NCBI RefSeq assembly: GCF_021028975.2
Contig: NC_059436.1
Location: 36,642,001 to 36,706,000 of the forward strand
DNA length: 64,000 nt
Direction: 5' to 3'
Source: Sphaerodactylus townsendi
Taxonomy: Eukaryota
In this document: positions 47,093-63,510 of the stretch, one piece after another
How the letters are laid out: each line of letters opens with the position of its first letter
How positions within the stretch are numbered: the stretch's first letter is position 1
Notes under the pieces: model-generated
Seen by the model: the letters and a program-made list of their open reading frames with translations, nothing else
What the model was told of the DNA's origin: nothing
Database searches by the model: none
Translations under genes and position numbers: made by a program

Positions 47093-50000
47093 ATGGGGCC
47101 GGACTCAGGATCGCGGTCGTCGCTGCGCAAACTGAAGCCTGGAGACGCTCCAGAAAGCGCGACCTGGTGCGTTTCTAAAAGCAGGGCTTTGCGTGCGTGT
47201 GAACATCGCTTTTGGGTTGTCAGCTTCGCATGCGGCTGGGCTCCAACTTGGAAGATCGTTCACCGATTCTGCACGTGCAGACTCCGTGTACGTGGTTTGC
47301 AAGTCGCAAGCCAATGGAAACAAGCCCTTTCTCAGTTCCTGCACAGATGAAAACAGGGGCCTCGTTTGTAGTCCTTTTTGGATGACAGCCGTGCTTGCAT
47401 AACCCTGTGACTAGCCCACTGTCTTTTCTATGGCTGGCACTGCAGAGTCTCGACTGTCTGAAATGATTTAACTGGAGATGCCTGGGACTGAACCTGCAGG
47501 GGACATGGAAGCACAGCCCTTCCCTAAAATATAGTTGTTCCATGAAGTTGCAATGATCACCAAGATGTGATCTGTCAGTACATGACTGGTATGAGGGAAA
47601 TGGTGTTTTGTCTGCGGGAGGTTTGCAGGAAAAGGTGTTTGGGTTGGGAGTGTTGGAATGGCCTGCCCTAAACTGAAGTGGAGAAGGAAGACTTGTGTGT
47701 GAAAAAGAAAGCACAGCTTTTTGTCAGGGAGCAATAACAGAGAGGGGATTTTAAGGAAAACTGTCCTCTTTGGAAAAGATTTGAGGAAGATTGCGAGTGG
47801 GTTGGGAGAAGCAATGGGTGTAGGGTTTCTCTCGTCTTCTGAGGATCTAATGTGGAGTTGTACCTCTGTGCTCTACCTATATAATACCTATAATGAATCC
47901 CACCTTGCAGATAGAAGAGGAAGCCAAAGAGTCTTGAGTCTAGGAATAAAGCCACTGAGTGAATGTATAGCAGAGAAGATTTGGACCAGGAACTTCCTGA
48001 TACACAGATTGGCCTCTTAACTGCTGTGCAGGCCTGTGCAGCCAAGCCTTAAACGAGCTTTCACAGAAGTCAGTCCTACTGCGTTCTGTGGAATTTACAC
48101 CCTGGCAAAGTTATTGCTCTTCTCTGTTTGTTCTTTGCAGAACCACAATCTTTCAACAATTCTTTCGTTTTTGTTTTTTCCAGGTATACCTTTGCCCCCC
48201 TTGGGGAGAGCCCCTGTGCTCGTGTGGGCCACAACTGCTTGTACTTGCCTCCACTGGACTCAGGCAGTAGTAAAGGCAAAGTTGTCATTGTAGGGGGAGC
48301 AAACCCAAACGGCAGCTTCTCTGATGTGTACTTCATCGATCTTGGTAAGAGGTAGGGTGTATTTTGCAGCTGAATTTATGTTGTAGGATCATAGAAAATT
48401 ACAACATTACAATAGTAAAGTACAGGATTAAGTGCTGAAGTCAACTTTCTGGGAATTTCAGTTTTTACACTTAAAAAGAAAAGCAGGTGTTTGGTTCTCG
48501 TGGTTCTGAAGATCCGCCTGAAAGTGTGTGGCTAGCATGTATTTATATATATTTATATTTATTTTCTCAACATATACAGGGTCAAAAAACAAAAATAAAG
48601 GTAACATTCTCACCTCACCACCTCAATTCAAAACAAGAACATGAAATATAAAAGGGAAAAAAGAAAATAAGTAATTACTTCCTGCTAACTCATTATTGAA
48701 TTCTAATCCATTCTAGGTTCGTGCATCTAATTAAAATGAAACAATTTATCAGTTACACACTTTATCATTGCTAATATTCTATTTCAGTCTGCTGTTTTCT
48801 TTTAAATCTCAACTCCTGCAATTATTTCTCTTCTACCATATTTTTTCAATAGGTAGTTCATAAAAGATTTCCAGTTTTCTACAAACGTCTCTGTAATAGT
48901 GTCCTTTTAATAAGGTTAATTTTGCTATTTTTTAATATCCTGTGATCTTCTGTATCCAGTCTTCCTTGGTTGGTATGACTAACATGTAGAGAAATCTCCT
49001 TAGCTGCAGAAACTGCTGAAATAGCACGCAAGGCTTGAAATGTTTCTTGCCTTTCTCTGTGGACTAGCAGAGGAAGGTTGACATTTAAAAAAATAGTAAA
49101 AATTGCAGAATAAAATATGCAAAATAAAGAGCAATCCTATTTATTTACATAATTTATGCTAGTTGCATAATTGAGTGTTTTTGGTTTCAGGAATTAGGTT
49201 GTCTGGACACAGAAAGTTGTTTTGTATTTAGAGGAAATAATTACGAAACTTGGGTATTTTATTCAGTGCAAGGGACTTTGCTCCATGATGGTAACTGAGA
49301 GCAGTCCTAAGAAGGTCTAATCAGAATCCTATTCAGGTCTATTCATTGGGACTTACTGCTGATGAAGTATTTTGGATTGTACTTACCAGTTTTCTTACAT
49401 ACCATAGATAAACACAGCTGGACCTTGCCTCATTGGGAAGGCCTCTTGCCCCGATATGAGCATTCAGCCTTCATTCCTGTAAGCCAGCCCACAAAACTTT
49501 GGGTGTTTGGAGGGGCCAACGTGTCAGGGAACAGGAATTGCGTGCAAGTTTTGGATTTGCGTAAGTGTCTTTGTTATTTCTTCAAGTGCCTTTGTTATTT
49601 CTTCAAGATATCTTTTTTAAAAAATCTCCATACAATATGATGAGTTATAGTTCGTGTATCTGTTCCACTAACGAGATACTTTCACCTGGTACGAAGAGCC
49701 TTCCCTTTTAAGAAATGTCTTGCGACTAGGGAAAGAAATGGTAACTTGGCATCTGTTGAACAAGTGATTGACAAACAAGCAGTCCTGTGGCACAGAGTGG
49801 TAAGCTTCAGTACTGCAGTCAAAGCTCTGCTCACGATCTGAGTTCGATCCCATCACAAGTGAGTCAGATAGCCAGCTCAAGGTTGACTTTGCCTTTGATC
49901 CTTCCAAGGTGGGTAAAATGAGTACCCAGTTTGCTGAGGGTGAAGTGTAGATGACTGGGGAAGGCAATGGCAAACCATCCCACAAACATAGTCTGCCTAA

Positions 50001-53000
50001 TAGACGTTGGGATGTGATGTCACCCCATGGGTCAGTCATGACCTGGTGCTTGCATAGGGGACAACCTTTATTAACAAATCTCCAAACCTGCATAAAATTA
50101 AGGTTGTTCTGTGGTTGTCTTTCCGCCATAATATGTGATGCTTCCAAAAAATGTATGCAATTCTAGTATTTATAATTTCAATTTAACATGCATCATTGAA
50201 ATATATTTCATTATAAAAAAAGACTTCTGCCTCTCCTTTCAATACATTATGGGCTATTGCAATATAAAAGTCATCATACAAACAATTAAACAATAAAAAT
50301 ATGAGTTCAGTAAAAACACAGAGTTAAAATTCACAAAACAATAAATTAGCAATAGCGAAAGCAATAAGACCAATCATTATTGCTGGTCTCTAGACAAAAT
50401 GTTCAAATCTCTAGCACAGCCAGCCTTAGCTAAACCAAAAACTTGGCAGAACAGGTACTGTCCTCCTAAAACCTTTGCCTCTTGGAGGAGGATACTTGGC
50501 AATCCTGGTGCTACCAATAAAAAGGCCTTCAGTCCCATCCACGAGCCAGGTGCGCTTGGCCACTGCCCCCAAAGGGTCTTCCCAGCTGTGTGGGGAAGTC
50601 AAAAAGCCTACCCACTGCTGAGAAGCCTCAATGGGTTGCACCAGACTTACGCCAGTGAAAAGGCTGGCTTAAGGGCAGACTGTGGCTTGCCTGCATAACA
50701 CCACAAAGTGCCGGAGGGAGCCGACTAATGTCAGCTTTGCCCCTGTCCTGCCCACCACAGCAGTGGCACTGTGGTGCTGGGGCAGTGTTCAGCACTATGT
50801 TCCAGCACTGAGGTGAGGGGTGGTGGGGTGGCGGCCACACATCAAGTTGGATTGCCCCTCCGTTGGGGTAAGTACCTCAGGGAGGGCAAATCTGCCGGCA
50901 CAGCCAGCGTGCTTCTCCCAGAGCTGTTTTGGCCCCTGCTTCTTGTCACATGTTACATCCAGGTGGACTTTCAGTGGTAGCACAGGAAGGAAGCAAAGGG
51001 GTAACCATTTATTTCAGTGTGAGCTTTCAGTCACAGTTCACTTCCCCAGGAAGGATGGCTTCTCCAGATGACTTCCAACATCCAGATTGCTTCTTTGGTT
51101 TGAATCTGACCATTTGTGAACCTTTATGGTTCCTCCCTAGAAAGTGGAACTTGGGAGAGTCCAAAAGTGACTGGCACTCCACCATCCCCAAGGACTTACC
51201 ACACATCCTCTGCAGCAATCGGGGATCAGCTGTACGTATTTGGAGGAGGTGATAAAGGGGCAGATCCTGTGCAAGATCAACAACTTCATGTGTTCGACTC
51301 AGGTAACGTATCATTTAATGTCTCTGGAAGGACATTTCTCATTTATATGGTTTAAAGACTGCCTGGCTTAAGGCTGATGTGGCATGCACCCCATTTTTAT
51401 GACAGTACATACTGGATTAGAGTACTGGCACTTTTCTGGGGGGGAGGGGGGCTTCCAACTTGGTGGAAATCAATACAACCTTATGTATGAGTACTGACTC
51501 CATCCAGACAGCATATCTGTTGAATGAGCCTTTATGGGCATATCTGTTCACATAGCAGAGTTCCTACACAGCTTGTCCTGAATTATATTAAATGGTGCAA
51601 ATGTATCTCAAACCAGTGATCACCATTTTAGGTTAAGGTCACAAGAAACCTTGTTTGATAAGGTCCAGAAAACACTGAAGATGTATATTTTTCTGTATTA
51701 TGTCTTGCAAGGGATTCAGGTGCTCCACTTTAGTGACCCCTGTGCTAATTTTTACCTGTTTACAAAATTCTACCTATCTGCACTCATCTGCTGAAACTGA
51801 AATCTGGCTTGCACTGTCTAATAGTCTGCAACAGTTTCCATTTAAAAATCTTCACAAGGTTCAGATGCAAGACTGTACTAATATATAGCTAATAGTGGCT
51901 AACATCAAATGCTAGATGAAATATTCTGGATAACACAAAAGCTTACTTATGACTTTGTGATATTTTGGCAGCCTGGTCCTAATCTAAGGTATTGCAAAAG
52001 TTAGGGCTTGCTCTTTTGAACATGCTAGAAGCCTTTTCCTCTTACCCTAATGTGCCTGGTTTTCTCTTGCATAGCCACACTCACATGGCAGCAGGCGGAA
52101 GTCCAAGGCAGTCCTCCTGCCCCTCGGCATGGCCATGCAGTGGTGGCTTTTGGGAGCAAGCTCTTCATCCATGGTGGTTTGTCTGGGGATACCTTTTATA
52201 GTGATCTGTACTGCATTGATACAAGTAAGAAACTGGTCATGTTGATTTTAAAGAAAGTGTTTCATTGCTCTCATACCTATTTGGGCTTTTCCATGTCAAC
52301 CACAAATGATATTATATACATGGATATTGTTGGGATTCTTAAATAGATTCTAAACCTGCAGTGAAAGTGGAATGATGATAGAATTGTGACACATACTCTA
52401 TCCCAGAAATCTTTCTCAGATCTGGCTGGAGTCTGTATAAAGCAGAGATTCTCAGGATTCTGTTTGTTTTTTCCAAAGCATGCATTTAATTCATTTTTAC
52501 CCATTTGACGGCATAGACTATCTAGACAACTTGCATGTAGCTTCCCATCCTAGCTCAGTGGTTCTCAACCTTCCTAATGCCGCGACCCTTTAATACAGTT
52601 CCTCATGTTGTGGGGACCTCCAACCCTAACATTTATCCATTTTACAGATGGAGAACACTGATGCAGAGAGTCTTAGGTGACCCCTGTGAAAGGGTCGTTT
52701 GACCCCCCAAAGGGGTCATGACTCACAGGTTGAGAACCACTGCTGTATGACGTCTTATTTCTGCCACCTTCTACCACTTAAGAGGTTCCCAGTCAACGCA
52801 GAGCTTTCTCTCTTGCCACGTGCATTGTAATGCCATCTGTGATTTTGTTAGGGAGTTTCCAAAAAAACCCACACTCAGATAGGACCTGTCCTTGTAAGAA
52901 CTGTTCATAATTCATATCCCATGTTCTCTTTTATTGTCCCTTCTATACAATTATTCAGGCTAATCTAGTAATGCCTCTTGTAGTCCAGGGGTCGGCAACC

Positions 53001-54649
53001 TTTAGCACCCAAAGAGCCATTTGGCCCCGCCTCCCCAAGCCCGGCCTTCAGCCAAGCGGGCGGGATAGACAGCAGCAGCAACACCAATGAAAGCATGTTG
53101 CACTTGTGACGCGGTGAGCACACCTCCTTCCCCGCCCACTCCTTCCTTCCTCCTTCCAGCATCCTTTCCTCTCCTTCCCAGTCGCCAGATGAGGGAAGGA
53201 GGGGAAAGAACACCAGAGAGAGGGAGGGAGGGGGCGCGCTTGCCTCGTCCCAAGTGCAACTTGCTGTCGTTGGCCTCGCCGCTGCAGAGCCACAGTATGA
53301 GGATAAAAGAGCCGCATGCAGCTCCAAAACCGGGGGTTGCTGACCCCTGTTGTAGTCGATAAGAAAGAGCTTTTGGATTCCCCAAAAGTATCCTTCCTTT
53401 TGAACAACCGCAAGTCAGAAATAACTGAAATCATTGCAAAATTCCTATAGCCCAACCTGGAGTTGCAATCCTGTAGGGTCTTGATATGATCCATTATGTC
53501 CATCCAGCTTCATATAGTGTTATTTTATGTAGTTTACTTTTATTCTAGTGGCTTATGTTGGCTTGTTTTATCTGATGTGATTCTTTTTCTAGAAGTTCCA
53601 TTTTGTTTGCTTGTGGTGCCAATAGAGGAAATAGGATGATGAATACAGCTTGTGTGTGTTTCAGATTTGTTCTGTGTGGAATTCAGACTGATTATTGGTC
53701 TTCTTCATGCAGGAGATATGAAATGGGAGATGCTGTCAACCACTGGGTCTGCCCCAGGAGGGCAGGCAGCTCACTCGGCCGCTGTTTTTCAGGGTCATTT
53801 GTACATCTTTGGTGGAATGAACCCAACAGGTGCACTGGACTCAATGTACAAATATCACATAGGTGGGTTGTGTCAAGGATGTCTGGGGAGTGACTAGCCT
53901 CCATGAGCTGTTAGCTGAGCCTTGCTGTCTTTTTCACAGCTTGCTTTGACTGGGGGAGCCATTCAGCATTGATAAATGACCCTACTTCAGTAAGAGAACC
54001 AGGGTTATATGTGTTGGGACTTAGCATTTCTGCTAATGAGAGGGGACAATTATTGCTTATTCTCTCCTCCGTGCTCTTTCTGGGAATTCCCCCAAGAGCA
54101 GCATTTGGGACTGCTGCAGTGGGGAAATGAGAAAGCTGCCGTTCTCCAATGGAATGTTTCACTCAGTGGTAATGTTTAGCAGGCTCTGAGCCTCTGACTA
54201 ACATGGCTACTCTCTCACACCCATGTCTGTAGCCCTGGAAAAGCCAGAAGGTCTGTGTTCAAGTCATCCTGTCCACAAAAGCAGAAGGGACTAAAAATAA
54301 TCCATGCCGTTGTTCTCTCCCTTCCCCTTTGTGCTTTGCATGCCTGCTAATTATTTCCTTAATGAGCATTTGCCTTCCTTTCAACATTTCAGAAAAAGGT
54401 CACTGGACACATCTAGAGTTCAAGAGTCCTTTGCCCCCTGGGCGCCTGGACCATTGCATGTGCATCATTCCCTGGGAAGTCCCCTCCAAGAACAGAGATC
54501 GTGAAGCTGCAGCTGGAGAAAGGACCCATGGCCAGAAGGAAGCCCCTGAGAAGGAAAGCGGCCCCAAGGAGCACCTGTGCCTCATCTTCGGGGGAATGGA
54601 TATGAGGAGGGAGCTGTACAAGGACTGTGTTGCGACTCTCCTTCAGTAA
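47093..54649 (+). CDS. RABEPK: Rab9 effector protein with kelch motifs (p40), 368 aa
   Basis: Exons 47093-47166, 48184-48344, 49408-49560, 51141-51302, 52075-52224, 53713-53862, 54393-54649; total 1107 nt in frame. Kelch repeats: PCARVGHNC...IVGGANPN, LLPRYEHS...VFGGAN, PSPRTYHTSSAAIG...VFGGG, PAPRHGH...IHGG, AAHSAA...IFGGM, PPGRLDHCMC...IFGGM. The start ATG is inferred from the CpG-island exon. Confidence 0.94.
48545..48975 (-). mobile_element. L1/Tx1-like LINE 3' fragment
   Basis: Minus strand encodes decayed IPTKEDWIQKI...AKLT...FVENWKSF, followed by an AT-rich 3' UTR and A-rich tail. Confidence 0.6.
49779..50070 (+). mobile_element. Sauria SINE
   Basis: tRNA-like head (TGGCACAGAGTGGTAA...GAGTTCGATCCC), core GCTCAAGGTTGAC...GTAAAATGAGTACCCAG, RTE/BovB-type GGGGAAGGCAATGGCAAACCA and terminal ACCTTTA. 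Confidence 0.85.
52556..52742 (-). mobile_element. SPIN (Space Invaders, hAT) non-autonomous element, URR1-like
   Basis: TIR CAGTGGTTCTCAACCT at both ends; subterminal CCTAATGCCGCGACCCTTTAATACAGTTCCTCATGTTGTGG and CCCCTGTGAAAGGGTCGTTTGACCCCCCAAAGGGGTC match the SPIN/URR1 consensus as I recall it. Confidence 0.82.
52986..53349. mobile_element. hAT-superfamily MITE
   Basis: TIRs CAGGGGTCGGCAAC / GTTGCTGACCCCTG; perfect 8-bp TSD TTGTAGTC (52978-52985, 53350-53357); subterminal CCAAAGAGCCATTTGG shared with 1783-2041. Confidence 0.92.
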
Positions 54650-54687
54650 GAGAATCAGGGGGCACTGAAACAGCACAGCTCTTAAGG

Positions 54688-54776
54688 CAAAGGTGTTCAA
54701 ATCTGTTGCTTCAGATGTTCATGGACTACAATTCCTATCAGCCCCTGGGCTGAAGCACCAGAGATGGACACCCTTG
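54688..54776. mobile_element. Degenerate hAT MITE (same family) in RABEPK 3' UTR
   Basis: CAAAGGTGTTCAA...CAGATGTTCATGGACTACAATTCC...GGACACCCTTG. Confidence 0.7.
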
Positions 54777-55322
54777 CCTTAGGGACGAGGGTTTGCCCTT
54801 CATTCCTGTGGAGTCTTCACTGACAATCTAAAACCTTATGGCCAACTACAAATGTGTGTATTCTTGTATATGTATTTATTGAGGTTCTGGTTTTAAAAGT
54901 GCTTAAATGGACAGGGCAAGGAGAACTTATGCAAGCACGTTGGTTTTCTTTTTTGGTGTCTTGATAATTTAAATGTATGCAAAAATATACAGATCTGTAC
55001 TTTTATGTAGCTGGTAACCTTTTTCCTTCAAGAACTGGTTGCCAGTACAAGGCTGGAGGCCCATCGGCTCAGTTCTACATTGGAATGTGTGCCTTCACTT
55101 AGCCACAGCTAGGGCAACATGTTCGGCAACGTACCAGATGCCTAGAAGGGAAAAATGCTCCTTTTGTAGTCTTCATAAAAGGACTCATAGCAAGGGACCA
55201 ATTGTGATTAATGTGATTTCAGAGAAACACTGCAAGACGATCTTACCTGGCATGCTTTAGAGAAGAAAGCAGGAGCCCTGTCGGGACAGCTGGAAGAGGT
55301 TATCGTATAGGGGACACAACAG

Positions 55323-55761
55323 GGCCCTTTCCGCACTGGCCAATAAACTATTTTAAGGGTGGGATAAAACCCAGGTTGGGAGAGAACTTCGCATGGATCC
55401 CGCTCCTGAAGCAAGTCTGCACCACATTCCCCCCTCCTCTCCCCAACCCAGGTTTTACCAGAATCGCGATGTCTGTGATTCTTTTAATGTGCCTCGCAGC
55501 CACGGCTAAGTGAATGGCTGTGGCTGTGCTTTTTGTTTCGTGTCCTCCTGGCTCCCATCTGTGGAGCCATGCAGGCAGCAGTGCTATCTCCAGCAAAGCT
55601 GGAGCATGTGTGCCTGCCTGTGTAGCTGCACATTGTGGAGGTATTAAAGTTTTTTTAAAAAAAGCAAAGGAGAACAGCCAGCCATGCGAATGACCTGGGG
55701 CTATGCTAGGCTCATTTATCCCAGCTGCAATCTGCTCAGAATTTGCTGTGCGGAAAGGGCC
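55323..55761. mobile_element. MITE with 14-bp perfect TIRs (PIF/Harbinger-like)
   Basis: GGCCCTTTCCGCAC (55323-55336) / GTGCGGAAAGGGCC (55748-55761); TSD not evident. Confidence 0.65.
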
Positions 55762-57119
55762 GGTGTAAGAGAAGTCATCTGCATAGAAGGCAGCCACTTC
55801 TTCCAGTGCAAGGAAAGGAAAATGCTGGACTTCTGCCTAGTTTCTGAATCTATTAAAGCACTGCCACGAAACACTTGCTTTACCTCTGCCTCTGCCCTGA
55901 ACGTGTTTTTTTTTCCTGAATATGAGGTTTTCTGATCAGAGAACTGAATAGGCCTTTGTAACAAGTAGGGTGAAGTACTTGTTCTGCCTTCTGCAGGTGG
56001 CTTAATCTGAAATCTAAATACATTACTTTGAACCCCAATTAAACTTAAATCTGAATGCATTACTTTAAACCCCTGAGCATTTTGGGATTATGTGATGGGC
56101 TTCCCCAGAAGACTACATGGTTATGCCTAACACAGAGGCAAAATGTCTCTGTTGTGTTCAACTAAGTGCATATTCAGGCTGAAGGGGTGGGTGAGATGCT
56201 AGCCTACTTAATCCTTCAAGACTGTAATGGATTGTATAGGGTCAAGCCCCAGAATCCCACCAATCCTACTAATCTTGCTAGTTAGGAAAATCAGAAAAGC
56301 ATTGACTGGGAGTAGCCAAGTTTCATTTTTTTCAAGGCTGTTCTTCCCCCATATTAGTTATTTAAAGTGCACCTCATCTAGGTGGGGGAAACTGTTAGGT
56401 GTTCCATAGAGCAGATGCAGTGTGACACCCCTTATGGACTAGAGGAGGGCTTCAGCTGGCCTTCATTAGCCTCCTGCCTTTTAAAACTCAGTAGGACTTC
56501 CTCAACACTGGGCAGTTAAGGTAAGTCTGCTCAAGTCATGTCATTGAATAACATTTTGTAGGCCTTTAATGGAAGTAATAATAGGGCAAACCGAAGTGGC
56601 TGATTCTGACAGAGGTTGCTTAATTTAAAATTACTGAAGTAAGGTGACTATTGACAATGCTGCCCAGACTGGGTTTTCTTTCTTCCTTGAGGAAAGCACA
56701 TATTAGGTTAACCTAATTTTTTTCTCCTTCTGAGTTTAGCACACCTGATTGAATCTGGAACCTTCTGATTTGTTAGCTGTACTAGATGCAACTCTATCTA
56801 GTGCTGAAGACGCTCCTGTCTTCAAAGCAGAGTGAATTACTGAATCCAAGCAAAAGGTCAACAGCACACCAGTTCCATTACGATCAATCTTTTGTGGCGA
56901 CAGCAGCAGTAGAAGGATCTTGTGGGGTTTGTAAGCCCACTGCCGCTCATAATGACAGTGCTACATGGTGGTGGATCAGTCACATGAGGAGAATTGTGCA
57001 GTTTGCTTTTCTTACTGTGCTCCTTGAAATTTGGATTAGTGATCACCGAGACATGACTCGTGTGAGACCAGCTTCTACGGAAACGATAGATTAGAGTCAA
57101 AACCAGTGTCAGTAACAAA

Positions 57120-57125
57120 TTTATT
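57120..57125 (-). terminator. Candidate HSPA5 polyadenylation signal
   Basis: AATAAA on minus about 280 nt after the stop, followed by T-rich sequence. Confidence 0.7.
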
Positions 57126-57406
57126 GTTGTCACTGGAGGGTAGAAAAGTTCGCCACATGAACACGCATGACCCACTTTGTTAAATAGAATGGTTTCAAGG
57201 TGAACACTTTCTGAGCCCCAGCCAGTTGGCCTCCCCCCCCCCCTCCCAACATTTACCAGCTGCTAATGAAAAGCAGTAAACAGCCACTTTGGGCTAGCAT
57301 TTCCAACTCCACGCAAGTGAAGATTCTGATCAAATCCCAGAGTTCAATAGTTTAACAAAAGTTCAAAGTCCAATATTTACAGCGACAACATTCAGCAGAC
57401 AGAGGC

Positions 57407-61768
<4,362 letters not shown>

Positions 61769-62939
61769 GTTGTCTTTGCGTTTTTACACAGCAGCTGAAA
61801 TATCTGTAAAGAAAGCCAAACATCAGCTGTAGTACTAGGCAGAAAAGGACCACATTCCAAGACAGCTGCATAAAGACTGAAATGGGGCAGGTTTACAATT
61901 GAAGTAGTACTCCCAGACTACAAAATCTTGCTAGACTTGGATATTCTCACTAGTCCAGACACAGAAATTTAAGAGAGCTGTAAATGCAAGAACAGGAGCA
62001 GCCTGACATGTGGCACCAAACAAGAAAATGGAAAGCAGACTTTTTCAAAAAGCGTTTTTAATTACAGTGGTCAATACAGGAAAGAATGCTATCAGCTCCT
62101 CTGTCTTCAATACCAATTCCAGAACTAGGCAACCTAATCAATAGAAGTGGCAGCAAACTTCAAAAAGAAACAGCAGCCAGTTTTTAAATCTACTGGCTGG
62201 GATGCCAAGACACCCTTTCACCAAATGATCTGTTCTGTAGCAACTACCCATATATAGTCACAGGCCCAGTTCTTTATGATATTCTACCCACAGCCAAATA
62301 TCAAGAATCCAAGCCCCCTTCCCCTAAAAAAAACCCAGCCTACTGTGGATGCCTGTAGTAAATGACTTCATGTAAAACTGATATGGGAAGGAGAGAAAAA
62401 ATGAAGAGAAAACTTTAAAATCATTCCCTAAAGCTAGCAGAGCTGGCAAAAATCGAGGCTTAAATCTTGAAACACCATGAATATGGTAATACAGCATACA
62501 GAACAATGGACAAGGGCACACTTGAACAGGAGGCTCATACGCAGCCCCAATGGATGCGAGGAGAAAAGAATACCAGATACTAACTACTTCTTCCCAAAAC
62601 TGCTGATTATTACTGATTTAATCAACTCTGAAAAATGCAGCAGTATTAAAACCCAACCGGGAGGAGAATAGGCGAACAGACAAGTGTCTACATTCAGATA
62701 TCCTTTTACACACCCTCCCCTAAAAGACAAAAAGGAGACGGAATTCAGCACAAGATGCTGCTACAGTTTTAATTTCTCACCGTTATACTATGGGGGAGAC
62801 AAAAAGAGGGCAGAACATGATATGTCACAGAGAAGGGGGAAAGCTGTCAATGCGGTCCAGGCTCCAGAGGCTGTAGGGAACCACACATCTACCATAAAAT
62901 GAACTTTTCTGGGGAAGGGGGATGGTTTTAAAAACATCT

Positions 62940-63047
62940 AACCTATGGCACTCCAGATGTTCATGGACTACAATTCCCAATTGGTCATGCTGGCAGGGGC
63001 TGATGGGAATTGTAGTCCACGAACATCTGGAGTGCCATAGGTTCGCC
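62940..63047. mobile_element. Palindromic hAT MITE (ACTACAnnTCCCA family) in HSPA5 intron 1
   Basis: AACCTATGGCACTCCAGATGTTCATGGACTACAATTCCCA...TGGGAATTGTAGTCCACGAACATCTGGAGTGCCATAGGTT. Confidence 0.85.
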
Positions 63048-63399
63048 AGCTTCGTGTTGTCAACTTTAAAATATGCTGGTTTCCATCGGGGAATTTCAGG
63101 AGGAGATCGGGAAGCATTTTGAAGGAGACAACACGAGGGCGGGTAGATCTTAAAGGAGTCCAGCAAGCATATTTGAAAGTAAACAGCACGATGGTACAGT
63201 TAGCTGTCTTTAAAACCATCCCCCACCCAAAGTTCATTTTGGGGGTAGACCTGTGGTTCCCCGCTGCCTCCCTGATGCCTTTAGGGGTCTCTGCGGCAGG
63301 AAATTGGGCGCGGGGGGAAGGCTGAATCCAAAGGCCGCTCTGCAGCATCTATTGCCCCCCAGTGCTCCCCCCCCCCCCCCCCCGCAGGTCCAGCCTTAC

Positions 63400-63490
63400 C
63401 TTCCTGAACACGATTCACACGACCGGCCTGCTTCCAGCACCCCCGTCCGACCGACCCTCCAATTCCTAATTCCTCGTTCGCCTCCAACAT
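63400..63490 (-). other. HSPA5: Non-coding first exon of HSPA5 (5' UTR intron about 61804-63399)
   Basis: Donor GAAG|GTAAGG at 63400/63399 lies about 110 nt downstream of the TATA box. Acceptor CTTTCTTTACAG at 61804 is 35 nt before the ATG. The TSS position is approximate. Confidence 0.75.
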
Positions 63491-63510
63491 GTAGGCCCGA
63501 CCGGCCTCTG

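Noticed and set aside
49563-49607. 21-bp tandem duplication right after a RABEPK donor
   Set aside because: The copy lacks the GT, so it creates no new splice site; ordinary slippage.
49779-49855. tRNA-like A/B boxes here and in other SINE heads
   Set aside because: They continue into SINE bodies and tails; I could not build a full cloverleaf.
52372-52450. Possible C/D snoRNA (ATGATGA) in a RABEPK intron
   Set aside because: No suitably placed CTGA D box or terminal stem.
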